The notes: a model not told the origin generated them from the sequence alone. Positions 25,414-34,146 are shown, numbered from the stretch's first letter. The stretch is 64,000 bases of DNA from Dehalococcoidia bacterium (GCA_963664365.1 OY761144.1:2281596-2345595); one strand, 5' to 3'. Numbers and translations are program-made.

Positions 25414-26333
25414 CCGACACAACCCAACAACGGACTCTCCCAGGTTTAGGACCCCCTGGACATGCGCCAGAGGATCGTCCCGTCAAAGTCGGCCCCGTCT
25501 CCGTCTCCTACATTCAGTCCCGCGAGATACTGACCCGCGCCACCGGATTCATGGACGCTTACGACTTCACCTTGAATCCGTATAGCGGATGCTCTTTCGG
25601 CTGCACCTACTGCTATGCCGCTTTCTTCAGCCGAACTAGGGAAGCCCGCGATAGCTGGGGCCGATGGGTTAAGGTCAAGGAGAACGCGATTGACGCGCTC
25701 GCGCGGCGTGAACGCGGCGCCCTCGACGACAAGCTCATCTATATGAGCAGCGTGACCGACCCATACCAGCCCATCGAACGCGAACTGAAACTGACCCGTC
25801 GCCTGCTGGAGATCATGGCGGACCGGCATAGACCCAAGCTGGTAGTCCAAACTCGCAGCCCCGACGTGTCTCGTGACTGTGACCTATTTCACCAAATCGA
25901 GCGAAACGGTGGACGAGTACAAATAAACATGACTGTAACCACCGACGATGAAGACATACGCCGCGTGTTCGAGCCGTTCTGCCCATCCAACTCCGTACGG
26001 CTGCGCGCTATTGCGGAAGTACAGGCCGCCGGTGTTGAAACCTGCATAACCATGACCCCCCTGCTGATGGTTAGCAGACCTTACGATTTCGCGGACAGCC
26101 TGCTCCAAACCAACGTGGAGAAGTTCATCATACAGCCGTTCCATTTCCAGAGGGGAAAGTTCGTGGCAGCCACCCGTGACCAAGCCCTTGACTTGATGTC
26201 TGAGAAGTTCAACTGTGACAGGGAATCATTCCGAGACAGGTACCTAGAGCATTACCGGATGATCTTCGAAGTTCTTGACGAGAAACTGCCTCAGCTAGGA
26301 CAAGGCAAAGATGGTTTCATGCCACCCTTCTAA
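25407..26333 (+). CDS. Radical SAM protein, SplB / DNA-repair-photolyase-like (COG1533-type)
   Basis: LNPYSGCSFGCTYCYA (CX3CX2C cluster motif) near the N-terminus. ATG 25407 overlaps the upstream stop. Confidence 0.75.
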   Translation: MVTDTTQQRTLPGLGPPGHAPEDRPVKVGPVSVSYIQSREILTRATGFMDAYDFTLNPYSGCSFGCTYCYAAFFSRTREARDSWGRWVKVKENAIDALARRERGALDDKLIYMSSVTDPYQPIERELKLTRRLLEIMADRHRPKLVVQTRSPDVSRDCDLFHQIERNGGRVQINMTVTTDDEDIRRVFEPFCPSNSVRLRAIAEVQAAGVETCITMTPLLMVSRPYDFADSLLQTNVEKFIIQPFHFQRGKFVAATRDQALDLMSEKFNCDRESFRDRYLEHYRMIFEVLDEKLPQLGQGKDGFMPPF

Positions 26334-26452
26334 CCCACCTGCCTATCCATCCCTCCAACCTCCAGACCCACCGTAGAGCCTGCCCGTTCTCAATACGCTG
26401 GTGAGGGTGATTCAAGCGCATCATTCCCAACAATCGAAAGACCCTGGCCACA

Positions 26453-29400
26453 ATGCCCCTCCACATAGACTATAACGATTCCCGCTACGCCGACTCCGCC
26501 GCCGAGATTCTCCGGCGCCACCACAACGCCGAGCCCGAAGCCAACATCACCAGCGCAGTCCGCGACTTCCTGATCGTCACCGGACTCGCCGCGCCGAGCG
26601 AGATCGTCGAAGAAAACCCGCCTGCGGAGGGTTCCCGCCGCGCCGTCGATCTCACCGCCCTCGACACCTTCATCGAGTTCAAGCGCAGAATCGGCTCAGC
26701 CCGCGCGCTCGACCCCAACCCCGACTACGTCCGGCAGCTCGACGACTACCTGGCCCAGTCCGAAAAGCAGGGCCGCGTCCGCATGGGCATCCTGACCGAC
26801 GGCAGACACTGGCTCCTCCGATGGCCCGACGCCGAACCCGTCAAGCTCAGCCCGCCCTACGCCTTCACCCTCGAAGACCCCGACCGCTGGATCACCCTCT
26901 ACGAATGGCTCCGCGACCACGCCCTCTCCGCCGAGCAGAACACCCTGCCCTCCCGCGACGCCATCGCCGAGCGTTTCGGCCCCAACAGCCCCTCGTACCA
27001 GCGAGACATCTCCGCACTCAAAGCCCTCTACGCTGAGTACGCCGACTTCAACACCATCCGGGTCAAGAGACAGCTATGGCAGAACCTCCTGACCGCCGCC
27101 CTCGGAGAACTCGCCAGCAGTACCGATCAGTTGGACGACCTCTTCGTCCGACACACATACCTAACCGCCGTCATCGGAATGATCGTCCAGGCGTCTTTCG
27201 GCAGTGACATCTATCGATTGGCCGAGACCGACCCCGCCGATCTCCTGCATGGACGCGACTTCCGCAGCAAGACCGGACTTCAGGGCGTCGTCGAGTCCGA
27301 TTTCTTCGCTTGGCCCGTCGAGGTCGGCGGACTGCCCCTGCTCAAGACACTCGCCCGCCGCGTCGCCAAGTTCGACTGGCAGAAGGCCCCCAACGACGTA
27401 GCCGCCATCCTATACGAGACCGTCATCCCGCCCGACGAGCGACGCCAGCTTGGCGAATACTACACCCCCGACTGGCTCGCCCGCGCGATGGTCCGCGAGG
27501 TCGTAACCGACCCGCTGACTCAAACCGTCCTGGACCCCGCCTGCGGCTCCGGAACCTTCATCGCCGAGGCCGTCACCCACCTGATAGACGCCGCCCGGCA
27601 CACATCCCTCGATCCCAAGCAGGTTCTCGAACGTCTGAGATTCTCCGTCGCCGGAATCGACGTCCACCCCGTCGCCGTCCACCTCGCCCGCGCCGCCTGG
27701 GTTCTTGCCGCCCAGCCCGCCATACAGGCCGCCGTCCAATACGGCTTCGACGCCAACATCACCGTTCCCATCTACCTCGGAGACGCCCTGCAACTCCGCT
27801 TCCGCGCCGGAGACATGTTCGCCCAGCGCGATGTCACCGTCCAGGTGGACGACGTCCGCAACACCGAACTCGTCTTCCCCGTCAGCCTCGTCGAACGCGC
27901 CGACACCTTCGACGCCCTCATGGGCGACGTCGCCGAAGCCATCGAGAGGGGCGACGATCCCCTTCTGGCCCTCGACGACCACGCCATCACCGATCCCGCC
28001 GAGAGACAATCCCTTGAGAGAACCATCGCCGCGATGCAGCTACTCCACTCCGAAGGCCGAAACCACATCTGGGCATACTACACCCGAAACCTCGTCCGCC
28101 CCGTAGCCCTCTCGCGCGCCAAAATGGACATGATAATCGGCAACCCGCCCTGGCTCAACTACAACCAAACGATAAGCGCCCTCCGCTCAGAGTTGGAGCG
28201 GCAGAGCAAAGACCTATACGGCATCTGGGCGGGCGGCCGCTACGCCACTCACCAAGACGTAGCCGGCCTATTCTTCGCCCGCAGCGTCGATCTCTACCTG
28301 AAGAACGGCGGCGTCATCGGCATGGTCATGCCCCATAGCGCGCTCCAAGCGGGCCAACATTCCAAGTGGCGCGCCGGCGCGTGGCGGGCCAAATCCGGCG
28401 GCAGAGGAAAACGCCGAACTCCGGGGCGCGTACTCTCCGTCGATTTCGGACACAAAACCGCGTGGGACCTCGAAAGTCTGGAACCCAACACATTCTTCCC
28501 GATCCCCGCGTCCGTCGTATTCGCCCGCAGAGTCGGCGAGGGCGATGAGGCAACGGCAACTCCCCTAGCCGACAACGTGGACCGCTGGCTGGGAAAAGCC
28601 GGAGCGTCCAACATGCGGAGGGTGAGCGCCGGCATAACCGACACGTCCGGCGGCGGCGGCTCTCCCTACGATGACCTTTCCCGGCAGGGAGCGGTCATCG
28701 TGCCCCGATGCCTGTTCTTTGTCGAGGAGACCGAGAATCCCGCCATCGTACAGGCAGGCCAGACCGTCACCCTGAATCCAAGACGCGGCGCCCAGGACAA
28801 GGAGCCGTGGAAGAGCCTCGACCTGACCGCCATTTCCGAGCAGACGGTAGAAGCCGCGCACGTATTCGATGTGCATCTGGGCGAGACGGTCCTCCCCTAC
28901 GCAACACTAAAACCGCTAAAGGCCGTCCTGCCCCTGAGACGAGGCCAGTACGAAATACCGACCGGCAAGAACGGCGTGGGCGGCATCCGACTGGGAGGAC
29001 TCAGCCGCAGGATGCGCGACCGCTGGCGGACCGTCAGCAACCTGTGGGAGACGAACAGGGCGGCGGCCAACAAGATGAACCTCGTTCAACAGTTGGACTA
29101 CTACGGCAAGCTGTCGTCACAGCTTGATTGGCAGCAGGACCCCGGCGATAGACCCCTGCGGGTAGTGTACTCAGGCTCTGGAGCACCGACGGCGGCGCTG
29201 GCGAACAACCGCATCACCACTGTTGACTACACGCTGTTCTGGATTCCCTGCAAAGATGCGCGGGAAGCCAACTACCTGCTAGCCATCATCAACAGCGACA
29301 CTCTATACGAAGCCGTGGTGACCTTCATGCCGAAAGGCCAATTCGGAGCGCGTCACCTACAAAAACACCTCTGGAAACTCCCCATCCCCCAATTCGATCC

Positions 29401-29599
29401 CACAAACCCCATCCACGCCGCCATATCGAAAGCAGGCGAAGCCGCATCACTCGCCGCCGCCGACCAGCTAGCCCAACTCCACGAAGAACGCGACCGAGTA
29501 ACCGTCACCATCGCCCGCCGCGAACTCCGCAAGTGGCTCCGCACCTCCCCCGAAGGCCAAGCCGTAGAGGACGCGGTAAAGAAACTGCTCGGACAGTAG
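26453..29599 (+). CDS. Type IIG (MmeI-like) restriction-modification enzyme: N-terminal D..ExK nuclease, gamma N6-adenine MTase, C-terminal TRD
   Basis: 1048 aa. AVDLTALDTFIEFKRR (D-x8-E-x-K), ILTDGRHWLL, EYYTPDWLA...VLDPACGSGTFI (motif I) and IIGNPPWLNY (motif IV). Confidence 0.75.
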   Translation: MPLHIDYNDSRYADSAAEILRRHHNAEPEANITSAVRDFLIVTGLAAPSEIVEENPPAEGSRRAVDLTALDTFIEFKRRIGSARALDPNPDYVRQLDDYLAQSEKQGRVRMGILTDGRHWLLRWPDAEPVKLSPPYAFTLEDPDRWITLYEWLRDHALSAEQNTLPSRDAIAERFGPNSPSYQRDISALKALYAEYADFNTIRVKRQLWQNLLTAALGELASSTDQLDDLFVRHTYLTAVIGMIVQASFGSDIYRLAETDPADLLHGRDFRSKTGLQGVVESDFFAWPVEVGGLPLLKTLARRVAKFDWQKAPNDVAAILYETVIPPDERRQLGEYYTPDWLARAMVREVVTDPLTQTVLDPACGSGTFIAEAVTHLIDAARHTSLDPKQVLERLRFSVAGIDVHPVAVHLARAAWVLAAQPAIQAAVQYGFDANITVPIYLGDALQLRFRAGDMFAQRDVTVQVDDVRNTELVFPVSLVERADTFDALMGDVAEAIERGDDPLLALDDHAITDPAERQSLERTIAAMQLLHSEGRNHIWAYYTRNLVRPVALSRAKMDMIIGNPPWLNYNQTISALRSELERQSKDLYGIWAGGRYATHQDVAGLFFARSVDLYLKNGGVIGMVMPHSALQAGQHSKWRAGAWRAKSGGRGKRRTPGRVLSVDFGHKTAWDLESLEPNTFFPIPASVVFARRVGEGDEATATPLADNVDRWLGKAGASNMRRVSAGITDTSGGGGSPYDDLSRQGAVIVPRCLFFVEETENPAIVQAGQTVTLNPRRGAQDKEPWKSLDLTAISEQTVEAAHVFDVHLGETVLPYATLKPLKAVLPLRRGQYEIPTGKNGVGGIRLGGLSRRMRDRWRTVSNLWETNRAAANKMNLVQQLDYYGKLSSQLDWQQDPGDRPLRVVYSGSGAPTAALANNRITTVDYTLFWIPCKDAREANYLLAIINSDTLYEAVVTFMPKGQFGARHLQKHLWKLPIPQFDPTNPIHAAISKAGEAASLAAADQLAQLHEERDRVTVTIARRELRKWLRTSPEGQAVEDAVKKLLGQ

Positions 29600-29739
29600 G
29601 AATATGGATGCTCCTTTTATGGCGAACTCACATTCCGTTGACGTACTCGCGAGTAACCGCTAAAGTGAAGAGGAAAACCTGAACCTAACTATCAGAACAT
29701 TCAGATCCGAACTAAGTATCAGGATTGGAGAACCAACTC

Positions 29740-30852
29740 ATGACCCTTGATCAGGAAATCCAAGCCAGACGCGCTGAAATCCGCAGCGATGGATATGCGA
29801 TGTCCATAGGGGAGATCATAAGTCTGTACCGAGACAACGAACTAGACATACATCCAGAATTCCAGAGATTTTATCGATGGAGTGATGATCAGAAGTCACG
29901 TCTCATAGAGTCAATTCTCTTAGGGATACCGCTACCTTCTATCTTTGTGTCTCAACGTGAGGACGGTGTCTGGGATGTTATCGATGGATTACAAAGACTC
30001 TCTACTATCCTGCAACTGGTTGGTCACCTCAAGAATGATTCAGGCGACATAGTTAAGCCATTGATACTCAGAAAGACAAAGTATCTACCATCCCTTGAAG
30101 GAAAACAATGGAATAATGATAATCCATCTAAGACCATTGGAACCGCTAATCAACTCTTGATTAGACGCTCTAAAATAGACGTGAAGATTATTCTCCGCGA
30201 GAGTAGCGAATCAAGCAAATATGAATTGTTTCAACGATTAAATACTGGTGGTTCGCAACTATCAGATCAGGAACTCAGAAATGCAATACTTACCATGGTC
30301 AATCCAGATGCTTTCCGATGGATTGAACATTTAGCTAAGGATGAGAATTTTCAATCTTGTATCGCGCTCCCAGATGGAATGCTATCTCAGAGATACGACA
30401 TGGAATTGGTCATTAGATTTATAGTTTTTCGGAATCTAGAAGACAACCAGTTACGCGCTATCGGCGATATAGGAGAATTTCTGACCGATAAAATTGTAGA
30501 ACTAGCACAGTCTGAGCAATTTAATCGGATGGCCTCAAATGAAAACACTGCGTTTGAGAAGACTTTCTCTTGCCTCGCCCAATCTTTTAGTGATCGAAGT
30601 TTTCGGAAATACGACTCGGGGAAAGGACGCCATTCAGGAGGATTTTCGATTTCGGCTTTCGAGCCAATTGCATTAGGCGTAGGACACAATTTTGAACGTT
30701 TTACGAGTGCTAGCGATCTGTGCCAGATTAAGCAGATTAGCAAGGATCTTTGGTCCAACCCAGATTTTCTAAGCCATAGTGGTATGGGAGTTAACGCGTC
30801 AACTCGCATACGTTACAATATCCCTCTAGGTAAAAAGCTCTTTGCTATATGA
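29740..30852 (+). CDS. DUF262 (ParB/GmrSD N-terminal-like) domain protein
   Basis: IHPEFQRFYRWSDDQKSRLIESILLGIPLPSIFV...WDVIDGLQRLSTI (DGQQR-type motif). A+T-rich. ATG 29740 follows GGAG, and the ORF-track TTG at 29725 is also possible. Confidence 0.8.
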   Translation: MTLDQEIQARRAEIRSDGYAMSIGEIISLYRDNELDIHPEFQRFYRWSDDQKSRLIESILLGIPLPSIFVSQREDGVWDVIDGLQRLSTILQLVGHLKNDSGDIVKPLILRKTKYLPSLEGKQWNNDNPSKTIGTANQLLIRRSKIDVKIILRESSESSKYELFQRLNTGGSQLSDQELRNAILTMVNPDAFRWIEHLAKDENFQSCIALPDGMLSQRYDMELVIRFIVFRNLEDNQLRAIGDIGEFLTDKIVELAQSEQFNRMASNENTAFEKTFSCLAQSFSDRSFRKYDSGKGRHSGGFSISAFEPIALGVGHNFERFTSASDLCQIKQISKDLWSNPDFLSHSGMGVNASTRIRYNIPLGKKLFAI

Positions 30853-31499
30853 GAATACGTTCACTCGGACAATTAGTCGAGTTACTTGACGATGAACTAG
30901 CTTGGCGAAAAAGGGAGCTGACAACCCTGAAGTTCATGTTGCAGAGCACCCGACGGCAGCACCAGGAGTCATTGTTATTGCGAGCGGCCATTTGTATTCT
31001 TTACGCTCACTGGGAAGGATTTGTGAAGGCCGCGGCAACAGGCTATGTCTCATTTGTAGCTACACGTAACCTGAAGTATAGCGACCTAACCCCTAACTTC
31101 GTCGCATTGGGACTTCGATCTGAGATAATACGTGCGGGGCAATCCGACAAGCCCACGCTGCACACGAAACTGGCAGCCAGATTTATGATGGGACTCTCTG
31201 ATTCCATGTATATTGACCGTAATTTTTCGGTTGATACTCGCTCAAACCTCAATTCAGACAATCTCAATGAAATCTTATGTCTCTTAGGTGTAGAAAACGA
31301 TGAATACTTGCTGAAGAAGCAGCTACTCGACAAAGGGCTAGTAGAAAACAGGAACCGAGTTGCTCACGGCCAACAAATTGACATTGATCCAGACGACTAT
31401 ACTGGATTACATGACGAAATGATTCAGCTTGTGCAAAATATTCGAACTGATATAGAAAACCAAGCAGTCATGGAAGGTTTTCGGCGCGATCTTTCCTAA
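30849..31499 (+). CDS. HEPN-like nuclease (resembles the MAE_28990/MAE_18760 family usually paired with DUF262)
   Basis: 216 aa with ENRNRVAHGQQ (Rx4H HEPN motif). ATGA overlap with the DUF262 gene. The family name is from memory and needs an HMM check. Confidence 0.65.
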   Translation: MRIRSLGQLVELLDDELAWRKRELTTLKFMLQSTRRQHQESLLLRAAICILYAHWEGFVKAAATGYVSFVATRNLKYSDLTPNFVALGLRSEIIRAGQSDKPTLHTKLAARFMMGLSDSMYIDRNFSVDTRSNLNSDNLNEILCLLGVENDEYLLKKQLLDKGLVENRNRVAHGQQIDIDPDDYTGLHDEMIQLVQNIRTDIENQAVMEGFRRDLS

Positions 31500-31500
31500 A

Positions 31501-31600
31501 AGCCTCTCGTTTATCCCGATACCTTCTGGAACACCTCTCTAACCACAATCGGAGCCAGCCCTAACAGCGGCCACAATAGCCTAGTAGACCAGAACCAAGC
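31501..31600 (-). pseudogene. Decayed internal fragment of a livF-like gene (remnant A)
   Basis: Nucleotide similarity to 35513-35600. The minus strand translates to LLGLAPIVVREVFQKVSG*, compared with LivF TLGLAPIVVKEVFEKVSEISERL. Confidence 0.7.
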
Positions 31601-31610
31601 ATAAGTTCAC

Positions 31611-31650
31611 GACCCCAAAGACACCTGCACCAGAATACCCGTCCCCTAAT
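31611..31650 (-). pseudogene. Decayed livF 3'-terminal fragment (remnant B)
   Basis: GACCCCAAAGACACCTGCACCAGAATACCCGTCCCCTAAT compared with livF 35361-35400 GACCCCAAAAACACCTGCGCCAAAATGTCCGTCTCCCGAA (about 32/40 by eye). Confidence 0.6.
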
Positions 31651-31798
31651 CCCCCCATCATCCCAACCACACCACAACCCCTTACACCCTAAACCTTATC
31701 CCTAACTCCGCGCTGAGGTAGCGCCAATCTGGGTACCCGTGATGAAAATGGCCGGTTGTTGTAAAATGCCGGGTGTGGCTGAATACAGTCGAGAGGAG

Positions 31799-32082
31799 GT
31801 TGATAGGAGATCACTACGCCAACCCGTAGGCCCGCCGAGGAGACTGGACGCCTCGGCGACGAGATTTACGAGAGAGACATCCGACATCTCGTCCAGGCTG
31901 ACCACCATGGGGAGTTCGTCGCCATCGACGTGGAAAGTGGGGACTACGCCATCGCCGATAGCGTCCTTGCCGCGGCGGACAGCCTGCGCGCCCAACGCCC
32001 GGACGCCGATGGCTGGCTGGTGCGGATAGGACACCCGACGCTGCGCACCTTCGGGGGCAGTTCACTCTGGAGAGCCGGGTGA
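31799..32082 (+). pseudogene. Frameshifted or start-less paralog of the protease-partner gene
   Basis: Frame 1 reads ...PTRRPAEETGRLGDEIYERDIRHLVQADHHGEFVAIDVESGDYAIADSVLAAADSLRAQRPDADGWLVRIGHPTLRTFGGSSLWRAG*, homologous to the 32472-32780 product. The only SD plus start (GAGGAGG-TTG at 31799) is in another frame and hits a stop after 9 codons. Confidence 0.6.
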
Positions 32083-32103
32083 TCCAGAAGAGAGGATGAA
32101 CGG

Positions 32104-32475
32104 CTACTCTTTGGCTTGTATGACGACGTGCCCGCCGTCCACAACCTCGATGTTCAGGTCGTAGCTGTCCATAATAGCCATACCCACGAGTGGGACTGCT
32201 CCAACCGCCCCGGTCTCGACGTATCTGGGCTGTCCGTCCCAGAGCGCCGTAACGCCATACACGTCGAAAGTAGCCTCGCTGCCATCGGCCAGAACCGCCT
32301 CGCCGTCGCCCACAACAGGCAGCCCCAAGTCCGCCACTAACGTCGGCGGCAAGATCAGATAGCCGTTGAAGCCTGTATCCACCACGGCATCTACTTCCCG
32401 CGCCTGCCCTGCTGGGCCTAGCAAGGGAAGGGTTATCATGGCTTCAAGATGGGCATTCACGGTCCCTTCGATCAC
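32104..32475 (-). CDS. Retropepsin-like clan AA aspartic protease (DTGF type)
   Basis: 123 aa, EVDAVVDTGFNGYLILPPTLVADLGL. Size and motif fit single-domain bacterial and archaeal retropepsin-like proteases. Confidence 0.75.
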   Translation of the reverse strand: MIEGTVNAHLEAMITLPLLGPAGQAREVDAVVDTGFNGYLILPPTLVADLGLPVVGDGEAVLADGSEATFDVYGVTALWDGQPRYVETGAVGAVPLVGMAIMDSYDLNIEVVDGGHVVIQAKE

Positions 32476-32780
32476 TCTGCCCTCCGAAGGGAACTGCCGC
32501 CGAAGTGATACAACGCCCGATGGCCGACCCGCATCAGCCAGACATGGGCGTCCGGGTGTTGGTCACGCAGGCTCTCAGAGGCAACAATGGCGTTCTTGCC
32601 GAGCGCATAGCTTCCACTCTCTACGTCGATGGCAACGACCTCCCCCACATGGGCTGCCTCGACCTGCGAACGAATATCGCGTTCGTATATCTCCTTGCCC
32701 AGCCGCGCGATCTCTTCATTGGGACGAGTTGGGAGCTTTCTGTCCGCCATCGCTTGTGTCGGCGTATCCGTGTCTCGCAT
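32472..32780 (-). CDS. Small partner protein of the aspartic protease (DUF5678-like pattern)
   Basis: ATG 32780 follows GGAAGGGGG. Contains GEVVAIDVESGSYALGKNAIVASESLRDQHPDAHVWLMRVGH. 4-nt overlap with the protease gene. The family assignment is from memory. Confidence 0.6.
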   Translation of the reverse strand: MRDTDTPTQAMADRKLPTRPNEEIARLGKEIYERDIRSQVEAAHVGEVVAIDVESGSYALGKNAIVASESLRDQHPDAHVWLMRVGHRALYHFGGSSLRRAE

Positions 32781-32823
32781 CGAATCCCCCTTCCATAGTC
32801 GTACTACTATACACATCATTAGT

Positions 32824-33060
32824 TTAAGACCCCAAAAACACCTGCGTCAATATATCCGTCTCCCGAACCGACTGAGGGGTGCCCTCGAATACCACGCTGT
32901 CCTTGTCCAACACATAGGCCCGGTCCACGATGTTCAAGACGCCCTTGATGTTGTGCTCCACCACCAGGATAGTCGTCCTCAGCCTCTCGCTTATCTCCGA
33001 CACCTTCTCGAAACCCTCCTTCACCGCTATCGGAGGCCAGCCCCAACGAGGGCTCATCCG
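32824..33060 (-). pseudogene. Displaced livF 3' end (remnant C, about 77 codons)
   Basis: The ORF ...IAVKEGFEKVSEISERLRTTILVVEHNIKGVLNIVDRAYVLDKDSVVFEGTPQSVRETDILTQVFLGS is near-identical to the LivF C-terminus (35357-35590). It lacks the Walker A/B part. Confidence 0.85.
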
Positions 33061-33066
33061 AATTTC

Positions 33067-33095
33067 TTGACATTAGAACATACACGCCGTATAAT
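33067..33095 (+). promoter_or_regulatory. Perfect consensus sigma70 promoter TTGACA-17-TATAAT
   Basis: TTGACA at 33067-33072 and TATAAT at 33090-33095, about 70 nt upstream of ATG 33163 (AGGAGG SD). Confidence 0.6.
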
Positions 33096-33162
33096 GCGGC
33101 TGTCGGCAAGATGTAGTAAAATCCTGCAACCCGAAAAACCCAACATGACAAGGAGGGAAGAG

Positions 33163-33708
33163 ATGACGACAGACAGCTTCACTCCGGTTACAGATCACAC
33201 CAAGGATCGCATTTGGGAGGAGATGTTCGATCTCCAGCGTTACATTCAGTACTACTCTATGCAGAGCAGCCGACTGAGCTCCCGTAGCAAGATCCTCAGA
33301 GTGCTTCTATTGGTTGGAGCCGGTTTGGTTGCCGGTTCCGGGTTTCAGGCCTTGCATCCGGCATGGGGAGCCGGCGGCGCCGTGTTTCTGCTGACGCTGA
33401 CCGTCATAGACTACGTCTTCGATTGGGGCGCAAGGTCCGCGCTTGCACATGCCATCAGCCTTGAGTGCTGCGTAATCGAAAAAGACTACGAAGACCTGTG
33501 GACCCTGGTTAGAACGAATCAAATCAGCGAAACCGATAGCCAGGCCAGGGTCAACCGGCTAGTAATGCGGGTCATCGCCGCCACCGCCCAGTTGAGCGAC
33601 ACCGATAGCGGACTCAACAAGAAGGCATCGAAGGCGGCATATCAGATTCTCGAAGCGAAATGGGGACAAACTAGTGACAACTCGACGCGAGCCGCCACAA
33701 CAGCCTAG
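33163..33708 (+). CDS. Hypothetical two-TM membrane protein
   Basis: 181 aa from ATG 33163, after AGGAGG. Two hydrophobic helices (ILRVLLLVGAGLVAGSGFQAL and GAGGAVFLLTLTVIDYVF) are followed by a helical tail. The ORF-track start at 32629 is an upstream read-through. Confidence 0.55.
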   Translation: MTTDSFTPVTDHTKDRIWEEMFDLQRYIQYYSMQSSRLSSRSKILRVLLLVGAGLVAGSGFQALHPAWGAGGAVFLLTLTVIDYVFDWGARSALAHAISLECCVIEKDYEDLWTLVRTNQISETDSQARVNRLVMRVIAATAQLSDTDSGLNKKASKAAYQILEAKWGQTSDNSTRAATTA

Positions 33709-33883
33709 CGGACCAAACCCACGTCCATCACCCAGCAAGATAGAAAAGGCGACGCCTGACCGACGACATGATCATTCCCAGCCGCCGCCCCCACGCCACC
33801 CGGATACGCCCTCGCCTCCAAAGCGGCCAGACTAGCCTGCCAAGTCAAACCGCAATGGCCGGTAATGACTTGAAGGAGACTCC

Positions 33884-34039
33884 ATGCCATCCAAGCAAAC
33901 AGGCAAGAGATCTGAGACAAATGCCAAGCGGGTTCGACCCCACGTCGTCATAAAAGCTGGCCGCCCGGTTCAGATTACCAACTTCCAACCGCGACGACTC
34001 TCTGGACGCACCCCCAAAAGCTCTCCCACAAAGTCCTGA
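33884..34039 (+). CDS. Possible small basic protein (51 aa)
   Basis: AAGGAG SD, then ATG 33884. Translation MPSKQTGKRSETNAKRVRPHVVIKAGRPVQITNFQPRRLSGRTPKSSPTKS. No recognisable family. Confidence 0.25.
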   Translation: MPSKQTGKRSETNAKRVRPHVVIKAGRPVQITNFQPRRLSGRTPKSSPTKS

Positions 34040-34146
34040 GCCCCCCAACGTCGTAGGCATTCCCCATACTCGATACGGGGCGCAACCCTCCTAGTTGCCC
34101 ACACCCTTAAACCTTACCCCCTAAACCCCAATCCTAAAATCCCCCC

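Noticed and set aside
26453-29599. BREX PglX methyltransferase
   Set aside because: Size and the NPPW motif are compatible, but no other BREX genes (brxA/B/C/L, pglZ) are in the neighbourhood. The N-terminus carries a D..ExK nuclease motif, which favours a Type IIG enzyme.
31799-32780. Invertible switch formed by the two oppositely oriented partner-gene copies flanking the protease gene
   Set aside because: The two copies are only moderately similar at the nucleotide level, with no long identical inverted repeats, and no recombinase gene is nearby. Diverged paralogs in convergent orientation are the simpler reading.
32629-33162. N-terminal 178 codons of the 359-aa ORF 32629..33708
   Set aside because: This part is antisense to the protease-partner gene and the livF remnant. 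A consensus promoter (33067-33095) and an AGGAGG-ATG at 33163 define the real, shorter gene.
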